Shown here piece after piece: positions 49,617-64,000 of a stretch of DNA of 64,000 nucleotides. The DNA comes from Epiperipatus broadwayi (lineage: Eukaryota; Animalia; Onychophora): contig JAQFVV010000002.1 in the NCBI GenBank assembly GCA_028023455.1, forward strand, positions 6,944,001-7,008,000, given 5' to 3'. Numbering within the stretch: position 1 is the stretch's first letter; every line of letters begins with the position of its first letter. The translations under genes were made by a program, and so were the position numbers. The notes under the pieces were generated by a model that saw only the letters and a program-made list of their open reading frames with translations, made no database searches and was not told where the DNA came from.

Positions 49617-52600
49617 CATTCTACCTTTCTGATATTGCAGTGCCAATGAAGACAATGCTCATAATAAATTAGTCCATTTATCTTTCATGATTGTTCATGG
49701 TCTATTCTAACTTTATATTGTAAGAAATATCATTTTACTTTTAATTATTCTTTTAATAGTTACAGATTCTATCTTCTCGTTCAAATATTGAATAGTGGCA
49801 TTCAACTTTGAATCTTGCAGTAGTAAAGCTAATATTTTTTTTAACATCATTTTCAACTAAATCATCAATTCCTAGAGAGATGATTATGATGAAAATATTA
49901 TCTATACTTATACAACATGAGTGTATTTTGTCAGGATTTCAACTTAGAATATCTGCTACATATAATCATTTCCTTTACAATACTGTATCCCTTAATTAAA
50001 TGGCTGAAGAAAAAACTTTATCTAACTAGCCTTTCATGATTCAAATGGCTCTGATTGATAAACTCTAACTCTTGTGATCTGTAATAACTATTATTTCAGA
50101 CCCAAGTAGATAATATTAGAGCTTCTGAAAAGCCCATACAACAGCCAAGGCTTCTTTCCTTGTGGTGATATAGTGCACTTTCAATAATCTATTCAAGTAT
50201 ATATGACATGGGTTTTCTTTTCATGGTCTAACTGCAATAAAATTACTCCTAAATCATATCCACTACTGTCTGTTTGCACATAAAATATTTCTTGGAAATT
50301 AGAATAATATAAGATTTAAAAAAAAAACAGATTTTATTTTATCAAATTTAACAGAATGGTTTTTTGTCTATTTACATTTCTCATGTTCCCTTAATATTTT
50401 TGATAAATAAATGGTATCATAAGCAAAATTCTCATAAATCTTATGATAAAAATTGCAAACACCAAGGAAAGAATGTAATTGCTTTTTATTTTCTGGAGCA
50501 GTAAAATTCTAATGGATTTACTTTTATCTGGATATGGTTTTTATCCCATCAGATCCTACAATGTGCCCAGAAAATATATGTCCTTAATGGCTATTTTACT
50601 CTTTCTTAAATTTATTTTAATATATTTTTCTTCACATTTTCTTAAAATGTATTTAGATAATGAAAATGCTACTAAATGTTCTCCAAAGCAATTACATCCA
50701 CATATATGGTTTATGATTATAATAACCTTGATTTCATTAGATAATGCATTATTCAAACATCTCACTAGCCCCACTGTTTACAAGTCCAAAAGCTATTCTT
50801 TTGAAAAACATATGAGTAGCCTTCATATTAGAATACAATATACTTTTGATTTTTATCATGCAAATATAGCTGCCAATAACTAATTGTTAAGTCAATTGTA
50901 GAAAACACTTTTTTGTCTTTAAATATAATTAATAATTCTTGAACAGTAGGAGAGAAATCATGTTCTGGAATCATCAATTGATTCAAGAACCTTGGATCAA
51001 TCTTTATGGACATCCACCAATGGACTTTTATATGCCAAAGTGCATTTTCCAAATAATTTTCCAACCATTTGATCAATTTGTTTTTGTATCTCTGTCTTGT
51101 ACTGGTGAGGGGTAAAATAGCTTTTACATTAAAAAGGACTATAGTCCTTCAAGTGTATCCTATGTATAAACCTCTTTATCACATCAGGTTTCTTAGAAAA
51201 TATGTCATATTTAAAGAGTTACTGGCAAAAGTTTTTCCTCCAGTTGTCATCCAATTCAGTAGATTCACATATTCATAAATCTCTATAGAATTATTTTGGA
51301 TGACTAATAAATTGAAATTTTCGCCAGGTATCTAACTATTAAATTTATATTTTTCCCCTTTTAAAATCAATTCTTGATTAATCTAATCAGTAACGCATCC
51401 AAATTGATTTATAAAGTTATATCCTATTATAATCTCATCAATAAGTCCAGAGATGATCAAAAATATTACATCTAAAGTTATTGAACTAATCCTAACATTT
51501 GTTGAGTAAACAATTTTGCCTTATGACCATTGGCCATAGTTGTGTTTGCTTAAATGGTAGCGGATTTTAATCTGCTTAAGTAAGTTTAACATACAATACC
51601 ATTCTGATATAATCGAAATTTGGATTCCTGAATCCAGTAAAGCCTTCACTAATGTACTCTAAATAATATCAACATAGCCTTTTATTGCCCTAGCATAATC
51701 ATCATCTTTAGTTTCAAAATTCAATTAGGTTAAATAATTAATATTATTGCTCCCAAAATTTATGCTGCTACTAGGGCCCCCACTGAGGAATGTTTCAATG
51801 AAACTCATTTTAATTTACAGGACTAGTTTTAGGTCTAGCTCTAATCATTTTCATAGATGTATTCTGTGATATGCCAACAGAATAACTTCCTGCTTCTCAC
51901 GCTTTTCTATTTTATCATAACTGTTATGATTATTCTTACTGCTATTTACATATGAAAGAACTTTATGATTCTTATTATTCACAGAAAATCTATTTGTTTT
52001 GTTGTCTCTATTTCTTTTACTTCTACTAAATTTAATATGGAAAACATTATATGAATGACTATTCTTATTATACTTATGATTATTTTCTACATGTACCTTA
52101 CTTGCCTTGAGCACTCTGAGTATTTAGGACACTTTTTTGACAGTGTGTCTACCAACAATAATTAAAGTTTGTTCAGTATTCCTTGAAAAATATTTTCTGA
52201 TTATCCAAATTATTTAATTTTCCTATAACAGAAATGAGGTCAGCAATATTAATTTAGCTGACTAATCTTACATTTCATGTTGTTGCACTTGTTTCCCCCC
52301 TAAAAGCTATTCAACAGGACAAATTTAAAATCCCTATATGTTTCTGGTTTGTTAAACAATGAATTGCATCAATGTTTGGTGGATATGCTTAAGTGGTTAC
52401 TCTCTATAGATAGTTTCTCAATCTCATTTAAATGTCTCAGTGGGAATAACTCTTCTAAGGCATTTAAATACTTTATGAGGTTTTCATCATACTCCCCTTT
52501 TAAAATATTAAGCTGATAAATCTAACTATGTTGCTATTCATCCTTTCATTTTTAATTTCCTCTGAACTACATAACGGTTTATTATTCTTCTCACCATACA

Positions 52601-54030
52601 ACAATGATATATAATTAACTTTACTTATGAGGGTATTCTCTGCACATACACATTTATATGCCCTTTCTACATGATCATCAGTATATATAACAGGGGTGTT
52701 CTTTATCTCTAACATCCTACCTTCTAACATTATTAAAATCTTATACTTATCTCTTGCTCCTAAAAATGTTTATACATATCTTGTTCCAGAATTTATTATT
52801 GTCTTCTATCTTACTGTAATTTTTTTACTGCTTTTTATTGCAGCTTTCTAATTCCTGTAAAAACCATTGATAATTATTTAACCTGTCCCTTAAATCATTT
52901 AACTCTCCTAGGGTCACTTGCTCAGTACGGTTTAATTCTTCCTGCATGCCCTTTAAATCACACTGCAATTTCTTGCATACTTTTTCCAACTTCATCTATT
53001 TTATTGTCAGCCTTATTATATTTTTACATGCCTCTTTATACTCTACTTTCAAATGATTTTGTATATCTTTCAATTTTATTTTAATATTATTTACTTCTAA
53101 TTTTGAAAGTTTATGGTCATTTTTGTAAGCTTTCTCAACTTTTTATTCAACTCTTTGTACCCAACTTTACATGTTTTAATTTCACTACTCGAATTTTCAA
53201 TTATTTCTAACTTCTCTTGTATGCAATTGGTCATTCAATTCATTAAATCTGCTGTCACACTTATCACCAGAATCTCTTAATTTTACATTGAAATTGTATT
53301 TGAATTTTTTAAATCTCACATTCATAGCATTTAACTCAATTTTAAATCTGTCTAGCTTATTATTGAATTGTCCTGACTCTATCTTAAATTATCTGATATC
53401 TTCTTTTAATTCTTTATTTTGGACCTCAAACTTATTATTTAATATTTCTTTTAGTTTTTTATTTTCTCTACTTTGAATCTCAAATTTATTATTCATTTCT
53501 ATATTTTGATACTTTATTTCTCTCATCCACTCCATCATTTTCCTAAACATTCTCTGAATAACATCATCAAATTCTGATAACATTTCAATACTATTGGTTT
53601 TCATATTTCCTTATAATTTTTTCTATAGCAGAAATAATATCTTATCTTTACTCAAAATAAATTATTTTACAACTTGGTATAACATATTTGTCCATTCAAC
53701 TTTCCAGTTATTGATAAAAACCTGTGAAAGAATGACAATAATTATGAATTTGGTTAGCATACAAAACATCTCTTCACTTACTATCCAAACATATTCATTT
53801 AAAAATTTTGAATTGATCATGACTGCCTATAAAATATTTACACAATATATAATTTTATATTTCTCTATTGATATGTATGAGACTCTGACCTCTCTGATTT
53901 TGATCGAGCCCAAGTTGGTTGTGCAATTTGTAACTGAATAAAAATATATTCAGAAATTAAAGGCTATTTGTAGCAGATTAAATATGTGGGCCATGCTATG
54001 TCTTGGGTCATAGCCTAATTATTGCTCACC
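49617..54030 (-). mobile_element. Decayed Gypsy-like LTR retrotransposon (gag-protease-RT-RNase H; integrase largely missing)
   Basis: Coiled-coil gag start (53389-53604), protease KALLDSGSQISII (~51605-51650), RT FSTIDLTISYWQL (50828-51076), RNase H FYVQTDSSGYDLGVILLQ (~50230-50290). LTR end at 53930 is followed by a degenerate PBS. Confidence 0.88.
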
Positions 54031-54039
54031 ATTTTTAAT

Positions 54040-54196
<157 letters not shown>

Positions 54197-54860
54197 GGTA
54201 TTTGAGTATTAACTAAGCTATGACATACTACACAAGCCGCTGGTAGATAAGATCGACGATCAAGCAAAACAATGTCATGGCAACCGAAACATTTGCATTA
54301 CTAATCGATAGAAGTGATCAAGGTATTTTCGTGGTCAACTTCAAGACTATGTAATATTGCGGTGAATTGTGTAAATATCTGTCTTTTACCTGCTGTCATA
54401 TTGCAAGCAAGAGGTGTTTTTTTCTATTGTCTGTTATATACCATTTTGTCAGATTTTCATTTTGCTAATTGCGAAATTATTGCTTGTTTTACATTTTCAT
54501 TGCTGTGATTTGGATTACTAATTTTTGTGATTTTTTATTAATTATTGCTATTTATTTAACATTTTTATTGCTGACTAATTACCATTTTTGTGATTTTTAT
54601 TACTAATTTACATTTTGATTGCCGTGTTATTTTTATTACTAATTTTTTTAACTTATTACTAATCAACAACTTACAAGAAAATGTCGGATATAAAATTATG
54701 GGACTTACCATCTTCTGAAGATGAAGCAGTTGAATTTTTCCAAACATATGGAATTATCCTGAGTGGGAAATTTTGTGTTAATGGCCATCCTATGACTATA
54801 TATATTAAGAACTATGAGAAGCAGAAATGGAACCAATTTTCATCTGGCATATAAATTATT
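54197..54860 (+). mobile_element. 5' end of a Merlin/ISXO2-like DNA transposon
   Basis: CpG-retaining segment starting GG. ORF 54681-54854 MSDIKLWDLPSSEDEAVEFFQTYGIILSGKFCVNGHPMTIY...KW resembles the Merlin transposase N-terminus (E..A..F.Q..G.....C.NGH.M). DDE part and right TIR are absent. Confidence 0.55.
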
Positions 54861-56069
54861 CAAGCTTATAAAAAGTATATCAGTAGGTGAATATAATCTT
54901 TGTGTATATTTTATTAGCTTTTAAACTTTATCATTAAAAAGCAGGTAATATCCATTTTTAAAACAAAGAAACATTCTGATGTTTTATAACAGCAATGATT
55001 CATTTTGATCACTTTTGTTTTTATAATAAATTGTCAAATCCTAGAAGTCCTGTACTATTTCTAAGTGACTATTATTGCGTTTCACCCCATCACTTTATTC
55101 AGTTAACTATATACTTTTAAAATAAATAAAATCATGTAAAGAAATTTAGATGTGTTTCTATTGAAGCTAAAACAAGAGAGAGCAAGTTTTTTCTAATCGG
55201 CTCTATTTATCATTTTTCTCATTGACATCAGAGTAACTATAGCAATATCTTTTATTCACTCTTTGATAAATTCCAGCCAGTGATTCACAAATAAAATCTT
55301 ATTACACATTAATAATAACAAATAAAAAAAATTTTCACAATTATTACATACACAAACATTGATGTTTCATAATACAAATACCATTTATTTATTCTAACAC
55401 AAATTAAACTATTTATAATACATTCTCACTATATTACACTGAGAATATATTTTTATACATATTTTTTCAATACAATACCATACAAATAAAATAACAAATA
55501 TATATGAGACATTTAACATTTAGTTGTACTGTTTATAATTTATTATTGAGAATGCAGTAACGAAAATACATATAGTAAAAAAAAAAAAAAACAATTCTAT
55601 CCACACTATATGCTTTATTATTCACATCCATTTTAAAATGAATAATGTCAATTCACAAACTTATACAATACTATTAATAATAAACATTTTTTAATATCAA
55701 TACTATAGTTGTCATAGCAAGATAGTTCAATGATTCATAAGCTAATATATCCACAACCAAAATCAAACAAGAAAATATGACTGACATTTTACCACATACT
55801 GAAACTCATCTCAAATTTCAGCAGGTACAATATATATTATTGATAGCAATGAATGATAGTGATATTTATGTGAATTAGAATTAAAAAAAGCAGCCTTAAG
55901 ATCAGATGTTACAACTTTGAAAAGTCTAATAGTTTAAAAGTTAACATATCAGTACAATATTTAAAACTTTATCTCGTATCAGAATATTTTAATTTTCTCA
56001 TCTGGGTATTTTTGTCCAAATCTAAATAAAAGAATATATCATTAAAATCTATAATGTGAAATCTATATA

Positions 56070-58010
56070 CAGGTAACCCCTCAATAACATGATAGATTTT
56101 TAGAAAATGTTGCGTGGCATAAAATCATGTTATATGGGACCCAAAGCTAGTACAAAAGGTGGGGGGAGGGGTTAGGTTCCAATAATTTATTAAAAACAAA
56201 TATTTTTTTGTTAAAATTCTTAAAAGCAACTTCACTTTTATTAAAAATATTAAGATATGTATGTATAACACCAAATGAAAAGAACCAAACTATAATTATT
56301 TTCATTTTAATAATCATAATTTAATAATTCTTTCTCATTATTGCTCAATACAAACAAATGTAAATGTTTTTTGCTTGAATTATATCATTTTCAATCATTG
56401 AATCCTTTTCATCATTTGCATCTTCTGACCTCTTTAACAAATCTGTAATTTTGTTTTTTTTTGTTGTTGATTTTTTACAAAGTTATTGAATATTTTATGG
56501 TTATAAAGATAGGCAATTTTGCAACTCTCTTTTGAATTTTTGGCTTCTTTCAGCAGATATGTCTGCATTCAAAAAACATGATCCTAGATATTTAGCTAAG
56601 CCTAAGTTTTCCTGTAATTTTTTAATGTTAATTTATTAATTTCCCAATCTTTATCACTGCTGTTTGCCATAATTATAATTAACTTGATTTTCAACTTCTG
56701 AAAAATTGACATCACCATTGTCTTCTTCCATCAAACTTGAATGTTCTGAATAGCCATATTCTCAAAACGATCACATCTGATCAATTTTGCCGTCAATTTC
56801 ATTTTCTACCAATTCAAGCCCATTTTCTATTTCAACTGATAATGGCCAAATCTTTTTCCAATATATATTTAACATTGATATTTGAAGTTCTTTCAATGAT
56901 AAGGATATGAATTTGGTAGAGCTTAATTAAAAATTGCTTCCAAGCTCCTATTACACCAATTGATCTCAATACATTTATGTCTAAAATCCATTATAATGAG
57001 ATTTTGATGTAGTTTTAATGATATAAGTAATACATTTGATCCAAGGTCTGGAGGAACAACTTAGTATTTGGTAGTAGAAACTCTACTTGCATGTTGGAAT
57101 GACTCAAATCTGGATGAACTGGAGTATTATCTAATAGTAACAGTACCTTGAAGTACAAATTCTTTTAAAATAATTTTCAACCTCTGGCAAACATACTTTA
57201 ATAACCATTCTCTAAGTAAATCTAGAATTACCAAACCTTTTGAATTTGCTTTCTAATATACTGGTAAAGTATTTTTATTTATGCCTTTAATTGCCCAGGA
57301 ATTTGAAGATCTATGTACAAGGATTTTGTCATAAAGTCTTCTGATGCATTACTATATAAAAGTAGCATATGATTTTTAAATACCTTAAATCTGGGTAGTT
57401 TTTTTTGTTTCAATATAAAAAAAAATATTGGTCATTTTTTCTCACCAAAGCCCAATTTTGTCAGCATTAAAAACTTAATATAGTGTGTTTTCTTGTTCTT
57501 CTGTAATTTTTTGAATTTTTTTCTAGATACATCTTGCAGTATCATGATCAGCTCATACAGTTTTACTTTAAATTCTTATACTATGAATTGAAAAACATTT
57601 TTTGAATTTTTTAAATTATCCTTTACTTGTCATAAAATCTAGGCTGACAGAAGATTCTCCATTTTCTTTAAGGTCTTTGTAAATTTTAAAGAGCTTTTTG
57701 TTTAATGATATTGCCATCCAATGGAATTATTTTTTGCCAACTATCATCAATCGAAATACTGAGTACCTTTTCCTTTTTTTCAATTATTGATGGGAGAAGC
57801 TGCATATTTTGCAGATATCAAAGATCCTACAGAAATGATACTTTATTTTCTTTTCATTTTTCTTAATGATTTGGAATGTTGTTTCATTAAATTTAGAGTT
57901 TTGCAATGTAGGATGATTTTTTCTTCTTTTATAAAATGATCCAAAATTTGTATTTTTGCATCCAGAGAAATAAATTTTCTTTTAAATGTTTTTTAATTTT
58001 TTATCAGATA
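56070..58010 (-). mobile_element. Decayed Tigger/pogo DNA transposon
   Basis: TA+CAGGTAACCCC TIR at 56070. CENP-B-type HTH KRKFISLDAKIQILD (~57940-57990), DDE_1 motifs VLLLLDNTPVHP (~57110-57150) and FLLPNT...LQTLDQ (~57035-57085). Other TIR not found. Confidence 0.88.
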
Positions 58011-60317
58011 TAGTTAATTGTCAAAAAATTAATCTTAAAAATAAAATGATACTCTTTAACACATATCCAAAAAAGCTTAAAATAAGTTTCTTCCAAAACT
58101 ACAAACATTAGAATTTTTTTAAATAATATTTTTTGCAAATCACAAACTGAACTTGAAACACAAAATATGCAATGATGTGCACTTAATTCAGAGAAAGAAT
58201 CTTGTAAAATAAAATTCAGGCATTTCTCCAATTGTATGTATTCAATGATTTGATGACAAAAGTTGAGTATGCTCTCAACTGCATTTTATTTTTGTATATA
58301 TGTATGCATATGTATTGTGTGTCCATAGTGTGTAATTTAGATTTTTAAATAATTATACCATAATATTAGGATTTAATTTTAAACCTAGTAATGTTACCTA
58401 AAAAAAAAAACAAGGAAAAATTCATTACCTTGGTTTCAATTCTAAAAAATTATTTTATTTATCACATGGTAAAATTTTAAAGATTAATATGGCTATTTTT
58501 AATCAAGGATGAAAATAAAACTAATGACATATATATATTATGTTAGTGATATATTGATAAATTTATTTATTAAGATTTTATATACTGCATAGTTTTAAAA
58601 TAATCTTTAAACATCAATAAATAGGATATTAAATTATTGTTAAGAACTTTAAATGATCAAATTTCAATGTCAAAATTTGTCCATAATGTTGTCTTCTATA
58701 TATAAAATTTAAAAATAATCAATTTAAAACAAAATTGAAATAGACAACTCACTGTAAATAAAAATATTATTTAATACATCAAACCGGCTTTCATTCCTTA
58801 ATGGAATATTTTTAAATGTTTCTTTTTTCACAATCATATGACTATTGTTAAGGTATGTATGTATGTGTATTTATATGTTAGTATGATTAGATAATATTAA
58901 ATTATATGTATACAAAAGAAAACATTATTTTAAAACATTTAATTTATTTAAAACAGGTATTCAGATATTGATTATCATATGTAAAATAAATGAATTCGAA
59001 AGAATATCAACTTTATTTAAAAATAATTTGAATATATTTTATATTTTAATTTATAGATTTATGCTTTATTATTTTAAAACACATTGTACCAAAAATATAT
59101 TTTAAAAAGGCTTGTAAAAGCATTTTAACAGTATGGAACATTAATTCCTTGAAAAAGAACTTTTATAAAGTAAACGATTGAATGGATTTGACTCTGAATA
59201 AGGAGTTACTATAAAAACAGATATAATTAAAGATTACAAAATAAAATAATATAGAAGTAATGTCTATGATCTTAAAGAACCTCAATTTATTTTCATGCTC
59301 TCCTTACAGATTTGAGGTTTTTCAGTGCAATATATATATTAAATAGTAGAAGTATAATATTATATGAGAGTTTATGCATCTTTCTGATCATAATTAGAAT
59401 GAAACTACATTGTAGATGGCATGCTATATGTAGATATCCACAATTTATCTTATATTAGAGTAAAATTATGTTGTAGGTTATTGTGCTGTAGGAGGATTAG
59501 GCAAGAGATGATAAGTTTTTTTATGACTACTTAAAATATTTGTGTTATCATTTATATATATATATATATTTCCATTATAGAATAATAATTAATAAAACTA
59601 TTATAAAAAGAATGGGTTTTAATGGTGATAAATTTTATAAATATAATATATCACAGAAGTACTTTGTTTTACATTGCTTCAGCTATTCATTAACAATACA
59701 ATGCTTCCATATCACTGAAATCTATTAAATCACAATAAATAAAATGTCCATTATAAAATAGTAATTGTAATATAAAATACTGATAATATATTTTACAAAT
59801 ACAGTAATTATAATAAGCCACAGAAGTATTTTCAGTTAAATTCTTCAACTGAAAATCATTTAAATTTATTTACATTTATTATGATATTAGGGGTTTCAAT
59901 TACTTTAGAAAGCATTGGATAGTTAAAGAATGGCAGAAGAAATGTAAAAAATATACAGTTTTAAATTTAAATGATTTTCTGTTGAAAATGAAGAAATTAA
60001 ATGAAAGTATTTTTTTTAGTTTATTATTGTTATATATAAAATATACTATGATCGTTGCTACAATTCATTACTTTTGTATTATATGATTTATAGAATTTTT
60101 GGAGGATATACAACATAAAAATATTGAATACAACAAGCAGTGTTTTAGTAAAATATTATGTCTTTAAATGGTAAAAGTATTGTTACATGATTGTCGCATA
60201 TAATTAAAAATTGTAAAAAAATAGTATATGAGAAATTGTGCAAGAAAATAGAACAACCTAAAGATTGCACTTATATCTATAACAAAGACACCATAACTGG
60301 GATTAAAGTATAAAAAT

Positions 60318-60445
60318 AACTATATCGTGTGTCTGGAAAAATCGAGAGTATTCATTTATAATTTATCTTTAAAGCGCATGTGCATTGGCTTAATCGCTAA
60401 TATCACTATTACATAAAAAACAGCGCTATATAAAATAATATCTCA
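60318..60445 (-). repeat. F330 family partial copy
   Basis: Reverse complement of the 5212-5290 segment (ctttaaagcgcatgtgcattggcttaatcgctaatat) plus tail. CpGs retained. Confidence 0.75.
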
Positions 60446-60639
60446 AAAATAACTTAGAAAAACAAATATATTTTCAATGCAATAAAATAATTATTATGGG
60501 TATTGCTGCTTTTTATCGTTATGAAAATGTTGCTAATGGTTGAAAATATACAATTGTTGATTTCATAAATTAGATATAATAGATTTTATAACACTTTAAT
60601 ACCAAAAACAAGTATTATAATCTGATAATCATGACTACA

Positions 60640-60770
60640 ATACTAACAATTTGAAATATACAATATATCCCAACCACTTCAAACATTTTTTAGCAAAACT
60701 CTTTATTTGTACATATACATACACCTACGTTTCGATTGACCTGCAGTCTTTTTCAGAACTATGATATGAT
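60640..60770 (-). repeat. H2 family copy with hammerhead-like motif
   Basis: Minus strand CTGAAAA-AGACTG-CAGGT-CAATC-GAAA-CGTA at ~60724-60756. Flank aligns with 24740-24850. Confidence 0.65.
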
Positions 60771-62699
60771 TTTAATTTAAAATCTAGTAAATTTATTAAA
60801 GTAATTATTAAGTTATAAAACACAATTATAGTGTTCTTTATATATGTATGTGTGTAAAATATGAACAGCTAAAAACTAAACTAGATGATACATAAAAAAA
60901 GTTACATCAAATTCAGAATTCAAAAAACTATCCAAAATTTAAGAATGGAAATTTAATAATCACTGATTTTACTATCATGGCAGACTCTTCAAGTGTAAAT
61001 GAATACACTAACTACACAAATGTATATTAAATTAGTTTGTCATAATGATGAATTACATTGCAATTATTTTTAATATCAAAAGGACATTTAAGTACATTGA
61101 TAGTATCAGTGTAATAAATTTTCAATGATAAAAATTCTTTAATTCTTTTCAATCTTAGCCTGCTCAAATATAATATGACTTGTATTTCTTGGAAATATAA
61201 TGCAGAACTAAGATATTTAATTTTTATTCTACCTTTGTAAACTTTTATTCTTTTATTTTAGCTTATACTACTTTGATCTACATATAATTTCTTACAAAAA
61301 AAACAAGGAATAATTTAAAACCTAGAAATGGTATTCTTACCAAATTTATCTTTTATATTATTTAATAAATTATTTAAATTAATATCCTTCTCTACTTGCT
61401 ATTTTTTATTCCTAAACAAATTATAATTATTTTTAAAATCTTATACAAGCAATTTAAAAGGTAAAAAATAAAAGTATATTTTTCTTCTATCTTCACAAGA
61501 TAATTTTATAATTAATTAATAGGAATTATAGTACTGATAATAATCTTAAAATTCTGAAATTAAAAAATATATATATTATTTTATTGTCTTTTAAATTGTC
61601 TTTTTATAAGATTTTTAAAAAATATATATATAACTTTTTGGGAATAAAAAAATAGCACGAAGAAGGTTGTGACTATAACTAATTTATTGAATAATTATGA
61701 GGTTAAATGAATATTTCACAAAAGTAAAGTAAAAAATAAATGTCTTAGTTCTGCATTATATATCCTTGAAAAAAAAATACTATTATATTTGAGTAAGCTA
61801 AGATTGTCTTCTTTGAAAAGAATGATCTAAAAAGAATTTAAAAACCTCTATTATTGAAAATTTATTATAATAAAGCTTTTAACTTATTTAAGAATTCTTT
61901 TGATATCAAAGATAATTGGAATGTAATTGAGGATTATGAAAAATTTATATAATATATATTCATATTATGTTTGTGTTTGTACTTTAGAAGCAATGGTAGT
62001 AAAATTTTAATTTTTAAATTATAGCTGGTTTTATTTCATTTTGAATTATGTGTTATTTTGTTTGCATAATAATAAATATCCACTCAAAAATGAGTATTGA
62101 CATACTAACACATACACACACAAAAAAAAACCCCTAGAAATGAGGTTTGTGATTACTATAGATAGAAACCAATTTGTAAATCACAGATATGTCCACATGT
62201 AAATCATGCTAGTCCATTTTTCTGTTTACTTGATAATTTATAAATTGTCTTTTAACTTCTTTCTGAAATACTTCAATACTATGCCTATTTGTAACTCTTC
62301 AGTGTACTTTGTTTCAGTGATAGCCATGAACTTTTTAAACAGGATGCTTTATTGCAGTAGAGCATTTCTAATTTTGCATCCACACAATCATTTTATTTTT
62401 TTATACCAATCATTGTTAAAAGATCTAATGTAATCAAACCTTATCAAACAAACTGAATAGATTTTTTTAATAGATTCCAATCTTGATTAAATTATTAATC
62501 AAGATTATAAAACATTAGCATATTAGAAATAGAAGTTTTACAAGTTTTGCCAATTTACCAAAACAAACAATGTTATAAATTACACACACAGATGTATAAG
62601 ATCAAGTGACAAAATCTTTTATTATATTATTTTCATTTCCTTTATTCCATAATTTTCATTTTTATCTGAAAATAGTTCAATAACTCATTTTGAGCTCAT

Positions 62700-64000
62700 T
62701 TTATTGAAAAAGCTTGTGATGTGATGCACCGTGACTTCTTTCAGCAACTATGCCCAGAGAAATCTGTTATGCCACTTTACCTTTACTTTCCATTAGCCAC
62801 CTTAAGTTTTCCCATAATCTACTCCATCCCATTTCCACAACATAATCTTGTCAACTCTATGGCCTTTATATCTAAATCCCCGCTACCTTTTCCCAAACCC
62901 AGCATAAAAACCAATAACCCACTTTCTGTATAATCACTTTGTTTATATTTATACTTCCATAACTTCATTATTTGTACCCTTTCTGCACTCAAGCATTTAC
63001 ATTCAATTAACAGATGCCTAACATTTTCTATGCCTTCCTTACACAATTTGCAGACTAAATCACCCATATTTTTTCATTTATGTGTATATTCTCTTGTTGC
63101 TAAAGATCATGTTTGAGCCTTAAACAATAAACTATTTTCATTGCTATTATCATAAATTAACTTGCACCCATTGTTCCATTTACTTCTATATATATTTAAA
63201 CTCTTTTTACTCTCCATACTAGTTCTCCATCTCTCCAAATCCCTATTCTTTATTAATGCATCTATTCTTTTATCCCATTCCTTACCACTATAACACTCAA
63301 CAATCCTCCTAACACAATTATCCCACCTTTTTTACAAGTATACTGATATAAATTCTTTATCCAAATATTCTGCATACTGCATTATCTTTCTCACCCATCT
63401 TGTTGCCTGCCCTTTACTCATAACCCAATTAAATACTATTTTGGCTATTCTTTTATTATCCATAAACTACAATCTACCAAACATTTTCATTTTACTTTTT
63501 GCATTTCTCATACAAAAACTTGACCATCCCATTTCTCCTTGAATTGCCTCCTTTGCTGTCCACACATCTGCATCGAATGCAGGTCTTCCTACTTCCCTTT
63601 ATACTTTTTCTAAGTAATCTAATACCCCTTTACTAACACATAATGTACCATTACCATATGTTAACCCTGCTACTGCAACTCTCTTCCTTACAATTCTAGC
63701 TACATCATATTTATTATAGGAAATCACTTAATTTCATTATCAATCTCTTTCTTTTCTTTGCTTCATTTATCAATTTTTTCTTCCATTCATCCAAGCAATT
63801 TTTCTGATTACTTAAGATGATTCCCAAATAACTATATCTGTTCACCACCCTTAACTTTATATCAACCAATAAAACTTCGATATCTTCTCTTTCCCCAGTA
63901 TTAACCATCATTATATTTGATTTTTCTTCACTAAATTTAATCCCCATCTTTTTATCCATTCTCACGCATGTTCTCAGCATAACTTCCATATCTTCTTTCT
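62700..64000 (-). mobile_element. Decayed non-LTR retrotransposon (LINE) 3' part: RT C-terminus + C-terminal CCHC finger
   Basis: GIKFSEEKSNIM...YSYLGIILS (63714-63989), AGLTYGNG (~63640-63670), CKLCKEGIENVRHLLIEC (62819-63067). Runs off the window end. Confidence 0.88.

Noticed and set aside
53908-53929. tRNA-like sequence
   Set aside because: Only a short degenerate complement of a tRNA 3' end, best read as an LTR primer-binding site and not a tRNA gene.
50479-53941. Several plus-strand hydrophobic ORFs (50479-50883, 51069-51278, 53288-53476, 53594-53941)
   Set aside because: Antisense shadows of the minus-strand Gypsy gag/pol.

Overview
Very AT-rich, CpG-depleted eukaryotic (animal, arthropod-like) genomic DNA. 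No rRNA, tRNA, CRISPR or operon structure is supported. One host gene is recognisable. Two minus-strand exons (36272-36485 and 7775-7923) splice in frame across a ~28.3 kb phase-2 intron into a complete SPARC-type extracellular calcium-binding (EC) domain. This domain is divergent at the residues that bind collagen in vertebrate SPARC. The rest is mostly nested, decayed mobile DNA: non-LTR retrotransposons (one RTE-like; one LINE family present at both window ends), two Gypsy-like LTR elements, several Penelope-like elements (PLEs: RT + GIY-YIG with inverted/tandem pseudo-LTRs), a Tigger/pogo transposase relic, a Merlin-like 5' end, hAT and TA-flanked MITEs, and mini/microsatellites. The most unusual layer is a set of short, apparently ORF-less repeat families arranged as tail-to-head and fold-back units. 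Some carry minimal hammerhead-ribozyme cores (retrozyme/PLE-like). One has covarying hairpins and a target-site duplication but no canonical ribozyme. There is also an unexplained 145-codon intronic open frame. All alignments and translations were done by eye, so repeat boundaries are approximate and identities were not computed.
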